Source of the DNA: Giardia intestinalis
Lineage: Eukaryota
Direction: 5' to 3' (one strand)
DNA: 64,000 nucleotides
Assembly: GCA_000002435.2 (NCBI GenBank)
Contig: CM018792.1
In this document: positions 20,049-29,399 of the stretch, piece by piece
Numbering within the stretch: position 1 is the stretch's first letter
Layout: each line of letters starts with the position of its first letter
Position numbers and translations under genes: made by a program
The notes under the pieces: model-generated
Databases searched by the model: none
What the model saw: the letters and a program-made list of their open reading frames with translations, nothing else
Told to the model about the DNA's origin: nothing

Positions 20049-23000
20049 TCAACTACTATCCTCATCTATGACATAGACCTCTTCGTCTATAAGCCATTTG
20101 TACTTTTTCTTTTGCAATTTTAAATCTAAGCCTTCAGATACCTGGTTCCGTAATAGAAAAATAGGCGTTATCAATGCAGTAGAATTCCTTCTGCATAGCG
20201 GGCATTGAGCGTTCTCATTTTCAGTTCCAATTTCCCGCGAGCACCTGCGACAGTACACCATGTGACCACACGGAACGACACATACCTCTTTGGCGCGCGA
20301 CATGCAGATGACGCAAGCCCCATCTGGGTTTGTTGATCCATTCAAGTCAGGGTTGGAGTACAGGTAGTTGTGGCAAAGCTTTCTTATCTGTCTCTGTCGA
20401 GAATCTATGTGTGAGCCTATAGGCTCTGCCGATTCACCTATAGCATCAAACTGTGCAAAAAATGCCTCGAACAGCTCGTAACAAAGTGCCCTTCTCTCCT
20501 GCTTCTCTTGCAATGAAATATGGCTGCTTTGTGTCAGAAGATTGATACTCTTATAACATCTGGAAATAAATTTATGTAGCCCCTTGCGTACTGCCATTAG
20601 GGACTGCGTTGGAATTTTCATTGAGAGAGCTACATTCAAAACTATGTCGATAAGATACTGACTTTCCATGCAATAATCAAGCGCCCTATTTCCATACATG
20701 TCGGACTTATGCAGAATGTCGTGGAAGAATGATAACTCGATGGATAGCGGCTTTAGTTCTATTGGTGTTTTCATGAAGATATCAGCAAGGCCCGGCAGCT
20801 GTTGTCCTGTATTATAATTCTCAAAGGAATCTCCTCTGAGACAAGTCAAAATGGCAGTGTACCCGTCCTGACCTACTAAGGCTATGATCTTCTGGGAAAG
20901 CTCCTTCTCCACAATATAACTGGACATGAGTGTATTTTCATTGTAGATGTGTTTTATGGATGAGTTTAGTAATGGGTGAGCAGCATCGGTTACAGATTGA
21001 TCTGTATTGTCAGATGTATCCGAAAACATCGATTCGTCGGAAGAGCTTAACAATTCGCTGGATGGCTCAGATGAGTGTACAAAATTAGCGAGATTTTGCC
21101 TAAGAAATATAAGATCCGGTGAATTAGGCGAAGCAGTATATGTGGGCAGGATATTGAAGGCTGTGCTACTTTGGTTTAAGTGCGACCTATTCCCAATTGT
21201 ACGGTCTTGCTGCTGAATCAGTCTTGTTCTGTGATGAAGCTGTTCATCAGATCCCTCTTCGTACACTCCAGGCAAATCCTGCTGAGACATGGTTGCCATT
21301 GGTTGGCTTTCTGTCTCAGAAGACAAGACACTCTCGTCAATAATATCAGGAGTACTGAGGCTAAGGGGGTTGGTCTGTAGACAAAGGATATTAGCGCTAG
21401 CAAACTTCTCCTTGAGCGCATACCCGAGCAGTAGAAACATCAGAGGAGTCATGCCGTAATTGTTCACCAAGTAGCCCTCCTTTGATACTAGTTCTTGAAG
21501 CAATATGGAAGGCAGAACCCTGGTTATATCACAGCAAGCTAGCAGGCAAAGGTGCATAAGAGCAGTGTTACCATCGTTGTCTTGCATGCCGCACTCCTCA
21601 GTCAGAAGCGAGCCAATAATATCTGCAGATGGGATGCCTCTCCTCAATGCAAACATCAATGCTGTCATACCTTGCGATGTTCGCATCCTCCCTTCCTTGC
21701 TAAGCAGCATATATGTGACAGCCAGCGGATTGTTTGCCTTCACGGCAACCATCAGCGCAGTCTCTCCAAGCGACGCCTGAGATCGGAGGAGCCTAGGGCT
21801 CAGTGCATTGAAGAGCTTTGCATATAGGAAGGTGTGCTTCAAAGCTGAAAGCCTCATCATCATCGTCCAACCCTTTCTATCGGGACAGTTGAGATAATGA
21901 GGGTTGTTGCCTTCATACCTTATAAGCATATCTATTTTATCTGTCTCTTGTCTCAGAAGCCAGTCTTCATGCAGGACCATGTAGCCCAGCGTATGTATAC
22001 CCTCTGAATCCACAGCAGTAAAATCAACCTCAGCTAGCTGGAGCGGATCGTAATTAAGGGACCGATCAGATAACGTTCTGTTGAACGCAACGAAGTCAAG
22101 CGAGGAGTAAAACTCAAAAAAATGAACTACACGAAGCGGTAAATTGACAACTGCAGCCTTGAGCAGAACACGACAATAGAACGACGCAATGTTTGCGCTA
22201 AGAAACAAGCCTACTAAGTCGCTAAACGGAATGACGAGGCCATACAGGTCTCTCAGGCTCCTTTTAGGAGCAAGTCCATTATGTCGGATTTCACCATCGG
22301 AATCAATATGAACACGCACATACATGGAAATGGACGCGCAAAGAGACTCTATCATATATGGTGTGCGCCCCTTAGCGTCTCGAAAGCCTCGTCCTCGATG
22401 ATTGAGGATTAGATCCCTAAGATTGCCATTCCTGAACAGCATTGTGACATAGAGAGCTGAGGCCACGTCGTCATCATCTGCGTTGCTTATTATGCTCTGC
22501 ATCAAGCGAGAGTAGTCCTCACTCAAGAAGAAGCGCTCTGGACAGCTCTGCTTATCTTCTATCTTATTATGCTCGGATATCTGGCGTAGAATATCTAGGA
22601 ACCCCATTGTCGGGGCATGAAGTGCAACTTGTGACAACTTCGCGCTGGGCGGCATTGTTGAGGCAAAGAGGAGAGCGAATAGGTCACGTGCTCTGTGGCG
22701 AGATCCTGCAGTATCTTGTTTTATGAGGCTGCTCAAGGGTATATTAATATCGTGAGACTTAACAAGTGTTCTATAAAAGTACTGCAAGGCATAGTTCCAT
22801 AACAGTCTGTGTCCCTTGAAGCATGCGCAAATGGAAGCCAAAAAGGTGATAACTGATAGATTGTCCTTGTGGGGTTGCATGACAACGGGCTTGATGATCT
22901 CAAGTATAGCCTTGGAGTCCGGATAGGGCGGGCAAACAGACATAGCAGACTTTATAAAATAGGTGAGGTCGCTGGAATAGTTGGCTCTATGTGCAGGATA

Positions 23001-24482
23001 GTGGCCAAGTACTACAGCGGTGGCATATTGTAAACACTTGTCCTGGGTCAACGAAGAGAGCTCATTCCCGAAGAAGATGTCATGAGCCAGGGTAATCAGG
23101 TTGGAAAGAGATAGCTCCGGCAGTATACCAAAAAGGTCGAGATTGGAAATCTTCCTCACGGTCTCAACCGGGTCCTGATCTTCAGGAGGTGGTGAAGGCA
23201 GACTTGAAGAAGCGTTGTTCCGTGATTCCAAGCAGATAGAAGAAAATGCAAACTTGAGAGACGCTTCTTTATCTGAGGGAGTGAGGGTTGAGAAATTCGT
23301 GGCATGGTCGCTCAGAAACTTTTTCACTGTAAGGCGACTATCCGGCAAAGAGATAATATTAAAACAAGAAGCAGTACTTAGGCGACTCATTTGAAGACCT
23401 GCCGCTATTTCTGTTATGGGAATTAATGGAGGAGCAGTCCCACGAGCATATATTATCTCCGCTACCATATTGGTTTTTAATGATGAGAAAAGATCTGTAG
23501 AGCTGCACGCAAATTTCCATCCTGGTGATATAAATAAGGTATTAGAAAACAATAGAGGGGCGACGGAAAAATCTAAAAAGGATTTTGAACCATTTATGAC
23601 ATTAATGGGAGACAAGGCATTAGACCTCAAGAATGATCTGTTTGCTACATGTGGAGAATAGAAAGCATGGCCATGCAATATAAGTGGTGGATCAAGTGTT
23701 TCAGTAGACCCTCTCCGCGCGCCCGGATAAGCTGGCGGAAGGCCGATTGCTGTAGAAGTATAGCGTAGGCTAGGCTCTAACACGCCATCTTCCTGCTCTG
23801 CTTCACTAGACCCACTGTCTTGGCTAGTTTCTGTCGATGACGACATGCTTATTAGAGTGGCGGGATCAGCTGATCCTGCAGGACTACTAGACATACTGAA
23901 CTCAAGAGTATTTTCACTATTGTTGGGTGTAGACAGGGAATGCTCCCCCAACTCGTGATTAGGCTGGACAACGGTGGCTTCTAAAGTAGACTCAGTGAGC
24001 ATATCTATAACGGTGGGAGCCTCGTTAGTATTAGATCTAAGTGTCTGCTGAGTGGATGGATTTGTATGGCCCCTTGTGGACTGATTGAGGGACTCAATTA
24101 TGTCCTGTCTGTCGCTAATAGAATGGGGCTCATGCTGGCAGCTCAGTATTATCTGCGCGGCCTGGTAATTCTGATGAAAAATAGCATATGTCAATGCCGT
24201 GTAGCCGTGATTATCAGCAATTGAGTGTTCAACCGGGGCTAGGACTTTAACAGCGTCGAGAAAGCCGGAGGAGGCAGCAAACATCAGCGCAGTCATCCCA
24301 TTAGCATCTCGCGTACCTGCCTCCAAAGGAATAAGGCTTTCAATGAGCCACAATTTTCTCATATAAACGGCGTAAAAAAGGCCCGATCGGCCAAACTCGT
24401 CGCAGTCTTTTGGTGAGGTCCGTAGGAGCTCGGTTATCTTCTCGTCTGATGCCACGGCGATGCATCTTGGCCAAGCGTGCAT
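20049..24482 (-). CDS. Very large ankyrin-repeat protein with a C-terminal RING finger. Start refined to the ATG at 24482.
   Basis: N-terminal and mid-protein TALM repeats (MTALMFAASSGFLDAV, ETALMVAVKANN, MTALMFALRRG, NTALMHLCLL) are present. The C-terminus reads CVICMSRAKEVCVVPCGHMVYCRRCSREI...CPLCRR. The track start at 24581 is GTG, and the ATG at 24482 is preceded by AT-rich sequence. Confidence 0.8.
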   Translation of the reverse strand: MHAWPRCIAVASDEKITELLRTSPKDCDEFGRSGLFYAVYMRKLWLIESLIPLEAGTRDANGMTALMFAASSGFLDAVKVLAPVEHSIADNHGYTALTYAIFHQNYQAAQIILSCQHEPHSISDRQDIIESLNQSTRGHTNPSTQQTLRSNTNEAPTVIDMLTESTLEATVVQPNHELGEHSLSTPNNSENTLEFSMSSSPAGSADPATLISMSSSTETSQDSGSSEAEQEDGVLEPSLRYTSTAIGLPPAYPGARRGSTETLDPPLILHGHAFYSPHVANRSFLRSNALSPINVINGSKSFLDFSVAPLLFSNTLFISPGWKFACSSTDLFSSLKTNMVAEIIYARGTAPPLIPITEIAAGLQMSRLSTASCFNIISLPDSRLTVKKFLSDHATNFSTLTPSDKEASLKFAFSSICLESRNNASSSLPSPPPEDQDPVETVRKISNLDLFGILPELSLSNLITLAHDIFFGNELSSLTQDKCLQYATAVVLGHYPAHRANYSSDLTYFIKSAMSVCPPYPDSKAILEIIKPVVMQPHKDNLSVITFLASICACFKGHRLLWNYALQYFYRTLVKSHDINIPLSSLIKQDTAGSRHRARDLFALLFASTMPPSAKLSQVALHAPTMGFLDILRQISEHNKIEDKQSCPERFFLSEDYSRLMQSIISNADDDDVASALYVTMLFRNGNLRDLILNHRGRGFRDAKGRTPYMIESLCASISMYVRVHIDSDGEIRHNGLAPKRSLRDLYGLVIPFSDLVGLFLSANIASFYCRVLLKAAVVNLPLRVVHFFEFYSSLDFVAFNRTLSDRSLNYDPLQLAEVDFTAVDSEGIHTLGYMVLHEDWLLRQETDKIDMLIRYEGNNPHYLNCPDRKGWTMMMRLSALKHTFLYAKLFNALSPRLLRSQASLGETALMVAVKANNPLAVTYMLLSKEGRMRTSQGMTALMFALRRGIPSADIIGSLLTEECGMQDNDGNTALMHLCLLACCDITRVLPSILLQELVSKEGYLVNNYGMTPLMFLLLGYALKEKFASANILCLQTNPLSLSTPDIIDESVLSSETESQPMATMSQQDLPGVYEEGSDEQLHHRTRLIQQQDRTIGNRSHLNQSSTAFNILPTYTASPNSPDLIFLRQNLANFVHSSEPSSELLSSSDESMFSDTSDNTDQSVTDAAHPLLNSSIKHIYNENTLMSSYIVEKELSQKIIALVGQDGYTAILTCLRGDSFENYNTGQQLPGLADIFMKTPIELKPLSIELSFFHDILHKSDMYGNRALDYCMESQYLIDIVLNVALSMKIPTQSLMAVRKGLHKFISRCYKSINLLTQSSHISLQEKQERRALCYELFEAFFAQFDAIGESAEPIGSHIDSRQRQIRKLCHNYLYSNPDLNGSTNPDGACVICMSRAKEVCVVPCGHMVYCRRCSREIGTENENAQCPLCRRNSTALITPIFLLRNQVSEGLDLKLQKKKYKWLIDEEVYVIDEDSS

Positions 24483-24649
24483 GGTATTAGATAACTTTTT
24501 GACGGGGCAATAAAAAAGTGAAACGGATTTGTGACTATTCAATCCTATTAGTGATTTTCTCGGTTCCAGCCATATTGACACAAGGCTGGGAGGGCTACCA
24601 GCTTTGTAAATTTAAATTCTCCTTGTCGTTTTCGGTTTCTTTTAAAGGC

Positions 24650-25822
24650 ATGGATGCACCAACTCCGACTCAGTGGCTCCCTTCTGCAGATTTCTTGTTG
24701 AGCAAAGATGGTGCTAACTTGATTCCAGAGAGACCCCTTCTAAACACTGTTGGCAATCTCAATTCCACTCGTCTTCACACACGAGATCACGCCCCCAGTG
24801 TTCCTTTAAGTATGAACCTTCTTGACGCAGCCACTTCCTTCTCTATTCATAGTCTGCCTGTATCTTCAAACCTAACTGCCACCAAGCATATACATGATAT
24901 TTTCTTGTCTGGCGTCCAGGATTCTAATTTGGCAGAGACCACTGAGGCGCCAGCGTCATCTCGATCGCCTAATATAAACATGCATCAAGATACTAAGTCC
25001 GCTGACCCTAGTTTGTTCTCGAAGTTGACAGCTGCACTGCACGCAAACGAAAGCCTTGCCGCAGATGTACAGATGCTCAGGGAGGAAAATCAGACCTTAA
25101 GAAATGCTTCTGTCTTGACCGCAGGTCTCGCAGAACCACGGAAGGACTTCAACGCAACAAGCATCAATCTTCTAGAAGCACTTGCAGAAGATGAGCAATC
25201 CAAAGATCGGATGATTATTTCGTTGAGAGTGACGGCTACTAGTCTTGAGAAGCAGAACAGAGAGTTGGAGGGTCAGGTCAAAGATATGCAGGAGCAACTT
25301 TCCCTCTTAGCACTGGCCAAGCAAGATGATAATTTGGAGATGTCTGAGGCATCTGCTACAGCAGCAAGTCTTCACTGGAAACTAGAAGCCGCAACTAAGC
25401 AGATAGCTGCGTTAACAAACGAACTCCGGGTGAAGGATGCGACCATAGACGCATTACAGAAGAATGTCGACAATTTGACGGCGCAAGTGCAGCGGTTCAT
25501 AGGCGTTAACTCGACCCTGACGCGCTGTATTTCTGAGGCCACGGTTCCAGAATCTTCTCTTAGCTCCGTGAGTACCGCCGACTTACAAGGAAAGTTAGAA
25601 ATGTATCGGCTCATGAATAGGCAATATGAGATGGGCATGGAGACTTTAGTCGCTGAGCAGAAGGCGACAGATGAGATGCTCTCTCTATTGATGGATCGTG
25701 CAACGGCGATGAGCTCACGTCTCGATCATATAGAGAGCTCCGTCGTCGCAGTCTCTCGTGACAGGCTGGTTGACATTTATCGACGGCGGCTGGAGGCTGC
25801 AAACCTTCATGTAAATGGATAA
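24650..25822 (+). CDS. Coiled-coil hypothetical protein. Start refined to the ATG at 24650.
   Basis: The ATG at 24650 is preceded by gtaaatttaaatt at 24606-24618 (initiator-like). The first 44 codons of the track ORF would overlap the divergent neighbour's promoter. A coiled-coil region spans about aa 180-330. Confidence 0.55.
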   Translation: MDAPTPTQWLPSADFLLSKDGANLIPERPLLNTVGNLNSTRLHTRDHAPSVPLSMNLLDAATSFSIHSLPVSSNLTATKHIHDIFLSGVQDSNLAETTEAPASSRSPNINMHQDTKSADPSLFSKLTAALHANESLAADVQMLREENQTLRNASVLTAGLAEPRKDFNATSINLLEALAEDEQSKDRMIISLRVTATSLEKQNRELEGQVKDMQEQLSLLALAKQDDNLEMSEASATAASLHWKLEAATKQIAALTNELRVKDATIDALQKNVDNLTAQVQRFIGVNSTLTRCISEATVPESSLSSVSTADLQGKLEMYRLMNRQYEMGMETLVAEQKATDEMLSLLMDRATAMSSRLDHIESSVVAVSRDRLVDIYRRRLEAANLHVNG

Positions 25823-25989
25823 ATAGCCGGCTATCTTTACATGACTTTTACTCCGGAATGCGTGGAGGAAATGGCGCAAGATAAAGTCGCAATGATACAC
25901 TCACTACCACGCTTTCCGCTACTTAGTGCATTAGACAAAGAAGCAGCAGAACTTAATAAAACAGGCTCGGATATCATCAGTTTTTGCCG

Positions 25990-27168
25990 ATGGCTGATCG
26001 TTTGAAATCGATAATGGAACATGCCCCGGCTTGCAACGCTGCAGAGGAGCCTTCTGTTCTGGAAAACGTCCCTGGGTATGGATCTGTCCTAAAGCAGACC
26101 AGATCTTTTCTTGACCGGCGGACACGACGGTCTCCATATCGACCAGAAACAGCTAGACTTTACTCACATCGGCAGAGAGATGGGCTGATTATCCCTCTAT
26201 CGAGCGGCCCTGATCAAGCCACTAGCCCATCTACTAACACCCCCAAGTCCAACAGGCCCAGCTCAGCAGCATCTGTTTTGCCCCCTGATGTCGAGGCCTC
26301 TCTTACCTGTCTCCTTGCAGCTGCCAAGTCTTTCAGTACAGTTATGACACACTATGACATTAACGACCTGACCAGAATTCGCGAGGCTTCTGCGAGCTTC
26401 AAGGATATTAAGCATGAGGACATAAGCACTGGTGCCTTATACAAGCGACATATGGAGACCACACGTGACCTTTCTCTGTCCAATTTGTATCCCACAAAAT
26501 GTTCTGCAAACTCAGACGGCAAGCTAAGTTTGAGTCGTCCAACACATACTTTTAGCTTACTACGGGCATCTAGTAAGTACCATGCCGATAACAAAAGCCA
26601 TACACAATTGGAAGCCCTACAATATGAGATTGATCAATCCACAAAGAAGTGTAAGAGCGACTTTCAAGCGTTAGTACTGCCCACAGACAAGACCGAAATA
26701 GAAAGCCGGCACTTTCCGGCCATAAGTTTTTCCTTGACAAGTGCCTCATCCACAGAAGCGTCAGATATGGCCAAAATGGAACGGCTAGGCACCTTGCTCC
26801 TATCTGAGCGTGTACCAGCCATTATTTTGGGAAGACATGACTTCTCACTCGCACGGAAATTGGTTGCCCTTGAGCTGGATACTGTTTCCATGGACTGCCA
26901 GATCCTAATTTATACACTGAAAACACAGACAAAGATGGGCTCCGTTAAACTCTATGAGGTGGTAACCCCCCAGCGAGCGTTAAATGACACCAGTATAGAT
27001 TTACTGGGCACATATGGCGTATCACTCTTCGATCTTAACGTCATGAAAACACCTGACATGACTGAGCTCATAGAGTTTAAAGGGTCGGGCTCTATGTTTG
27101 CTCTCCTGCTCTCTGGACAACATGCCAGATTGTTACTTACTATGCTTGATAAGGTTCTAGTTAAATAG
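25990..27168 (+). CDS. Hypothetical protein.
   Basis: The ORF has an ATG at 25990 (the track start at 25984 is TTG). No recognised domain. The 3' end overlaps the convergent WD40 gene by 12 bp. Confidence 0.5.
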   Translation: MADRLKSIMEHAPACNAAEEPSVLENVPGYGSVLKQTRSFLDRRTRRSPYRPETARLYSHRQRDGLIIPLSSGPDQATSPSTNTPKSNRPSSAASVLPPDVEASLTCLLAAAKSFSTVMTHYDINDLTRIREASASFKDIKHEDISTGALYKRHMETTRDLSLSNLYPTKCSANSDGKLSLSRPTHTFSLLRASSKYHADNKSHTQLEALQYEIDQSTKKCKSDFQALVLPTDKTEIESRHFPAISFSLTSASSTEASDMAKMERLGTLLLSERVPAIILGRHDFSLARKLVALELDTVSMDCQILIYTLKTQTKMGSVKLYEVVTPQRALNDTSIDLLGTYGVSLFDLNVMKTPDMTELIEFKGSGSMFALLLSGQHARLLLTMLDKVLVK

Positions 27169-28293
27169 ATCCCGCTCTTCAATGGAGATGCGCCACATGT
27201 TAATATAGCCATCATCACCTCCGCTGCACACAACAATATGTCCATCGGTGCCGGCGAATTGCGTGACATCACAGACAGCATTAACCTCACCGTCATGTGC
27301 GCCAGTAATGCAAACTATCGGGGCTGCGGTCCCCGTGGCGATGTTTATGACAGAGAGACAAACCGCACCATCTTGTCCTACTGTGGCAACATATGTACTA
27401 AGTGCTTTTGACGTGCTCTTCGGCTCCGCCAAGGATATGTCATAAATTGGCCGCTGCCCGTGCAGGATAGTGCATCCTGTCTGTTTAACACCACCCTCAA
27501 CGATACTATAACAGCGAACACATCCATTTCCATCAACTGTTAGTATAGAGTTACCGTTAGCTGTGAAGATTGCAGTCCAAACGGTGTGGCAAGAGGACTT
27601 GGATGCCAGTATTTCGGAATCGGGTGCATTTAGTTCACAAGAGTTCAGATCAAGTTCAGATTTGGTTGCTCCTGCTAACACCCATGATTCTATCTCTTCT
27701 TCCCCAAGTTCGTCTGCCACCTCTATGCAACGTTTGTAGAGACAGATATTGTTGTCATAGGATGCAGAAACTAGATAAGTTCCATTTCTATTAAAACGAA
27801 CACACTTGATGTCTTCTGTGTGGTTGTTGAAAAGACCTATGCAGTCATAATCTGGGGAGTCGGAGCACGGCCGCCAAAACGACACGAAGCGGTCTCTGCT
27901 GCAAGTCGCCACCGTTCCCTCTTTAGATATATCAATTGACTTGATCTCCTTCTCGTGTGCATTGGCTATAACAGCTGTAGGCTGAAACGGATCGTCCTGA
28001 GTCAGTTCGTTAACTAAATCATACACATATATGGATCCGTCGTAGGCAGCGACAACCAGATGCTGATCGTTAGCAGAGAAAGCGCAATCCCGGACAGTGA
28101 TTGGGTCACCGTGACCGGGTCGTAGACGTTGCACTGGCTGCAGAGATAGGTCCTTTGACACCCTCCATATCGCTACACTGCCGTCCGAGGAGCATGACGC
28201 TACAAGCTCTCCGGTGTGCGAAGCCCGCAGCCTCCAAATTCTGTCGGTATGGGCAGCAGTATGGTTCAAGAGAGAAACTCTATCACTCACCAT
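27157..28293 (-). CDS. CIA1: WD40 beta-propeller protein with high similarity to cytosolic iron-sulfur assembly component CIA1/CIAO1.
   Basis: Seven WD-like blades are present. Blocks AHTDRIWRLRASHTGELVASCSSDGSVAIWR, GHGDPITVRDCAFSANDQHLVVAAYDGSIYVY and NAHEKEIKSIDISKEGTVATCSRDRFVSFW...HTEDIKCVRFNRNGTYLVSASYDNNICLYK are collinear with CIAO1 blades 1-4. The start is ATG. Confidence 0.7.
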   Translation of the reverse strand: MVSDRVSLLNHTAAHTDRIWRLRASHTGELVASCSSDGSVAIWRVSKDLSLQPVQRLRPGHGDPITVRDCAFSANDQHLVVAAYDGSIYVYDLVNELTQDDPFQPTAVIANAHEKEIKSIDISKEGTVATCSRDRFVSFWRPCSDSPDYDCIGLFNNHTEDIKCVRFNRNGTYLVSASYDNNICLYKRCIEVADELGEEEIESWVLAGATKSELDLNSCELNAPDSEILASKSSCHTVWTAIFTANGNSILTVDGNGCVRCYSIVEGGVKQTGCTILHGQRPIYDISLAEPKSTSKALSTYVATVGQDGAVCLSVINIATGTAAPIVCITGAHDGEVNAVCDVTQFAGTDGHIVVCSGGDDGYINMWRISIEERDLFN

Positions 28294-28365
28294 TCTTTGT
28301 CAACAAATTTTAAGTTTTAAAATTTATTGCAATTTAGCATTACCCTATCAGCTGACATAAAGGAT
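28294..28365. promoter_or_regulatory. 72-bp AT-rich bidirectional promoter between CIA1 and the divergent coiled-coil gene.
   Basis: The sequence tctttgtcaacaaattttaagttttaaaatttattgcaatttagc lies between the divergent genes. Confidence 0.45.
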
Positions 28366-29391
28366 ATGTCTTGCTCCGCCTTTGGCATGGGACAAGCCGA
28401 TGGTAGCTCCTCTTTGGCATCTTTGTCCTTGCAAGGGGACTCCCAATTAAGCCTACCACGCCCGAACCATGCACAAAGATCGCAAAGAGCTCTGGAACTT
28501 GCAGAGCCGGAAGGACAGACGGAGTCATTCCATCCATCATCTGAAGCTTGCGGAGAAGTGGATGACGCCTTATTAGGCATTTCATCTTACTGCTTTGCAA
28601 GAATAGAGAGACTCCAGCAGGAGCTCACTAGTACTCAGAAGCGTCTCTACGCTGCCGATTCACAACTAGAAAACACGCAGAGGGAGCTCACTACTGCACT
28701 CCACAATCTAGAGCACCAAAAGCAAATGCGAGAACACCAACAGCGCGTCATGGACCGCATTGTGGAGTCCAAAGTAGCTCTGGAAGCCAAGCTAGATGAG
28801 CTAGAGTCGCTTCTCGACGAGGACATAGGCATGTATATCCGATTTCGGCAACAGACAACGCGGTGTATCCTCGCATTTGAAGAGGAGGTACACTCGCTGA
28901 AATCGGAGCTCTTAAAAGTTAAACAAGATAACATATTTTGTCGATGGAAGAACCTGACCCTTTCTGACGAGGTTGTCCATCTTACCGCCATGAATTCCCT
29001 TCTCAAACAGAAAATAGTTGCCCTAGAAAATCAGGCTGTGGACCATGATATGCAGCACAGTGCATTGGAAGTCCACAAGAAAAAGGAAGTGAGAGCCTAC
29101 CAATCGACGATCAATACTCTTGAGAAGCAATGTTTTTACTTCAAATCAAAGTACACCGAAATTGAGAGACAGCATGCTAAGGCAAGTCTGGATCTAACTG
29201 TGATGAAAAGCATCATAAAGGGAAAGGATGCAGAGATCAAGAAGCTAACAGAAAAATTGCAGTCCGCTATAATGACAAGGACCAATTGGGTGCAAACAGT
29301 TGACAAGAAGAAGATACATACTGCCACTAATGACGCTCTTGCTCAATTGCAAATATCTAAAGAGTTGTTGGCTAAAATACTAAAGAAGTGA
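28366..29391 (+). CDS. Coiled-coil hypothetical protein. Start refined to the ATG at 28366.
   Basis: The track start is TTG. The ORF runs from the ATG at 28366, and the region from about aa 70 to 330 is strongly heptad-like. Confidence 0.5.
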   Translation: MSCSAFGMGQADGSSSLASLSLQGDSQLSLPRPNHAQRSQRALELAEPEGQTESFHPSSEACGEVDDALLGISSYCFARIERLQQELTSTQKRLYAADSQLENTQRELTTALHNLEHQKQMREHQQRVMDRIVESKVALEAKLDELESLLDEDIGMYIRFRQQTTRCILAFEEEVHSLKSELLKVKQDNIFCRWKNLTLSDEVVHLTAMNSLLKQKIVALENQAVDHDMQHSALEVHKKKEVRAYQSTINTLEKQCFYFKSKYTEIERQHAKASLDLTVMKSIIKGKDAEIKKLTEKLQSAIMTRTNWVQTVDKKKIHTATNDALAQLQISKELLAKILKK

Positions 29392-29399
29392 GGAAGGGG

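Noticed and set aside
3843-24482. Whether the ankyrin/coiled-coil proteins are NEK kinases, which are often ankyrin-fused in Giardia.
   Set aside because: No protein-kinase catalytic motifs (GxGxxG...K, HRDLKPxN, DFG, APE) occur in any of the seven ORFs.
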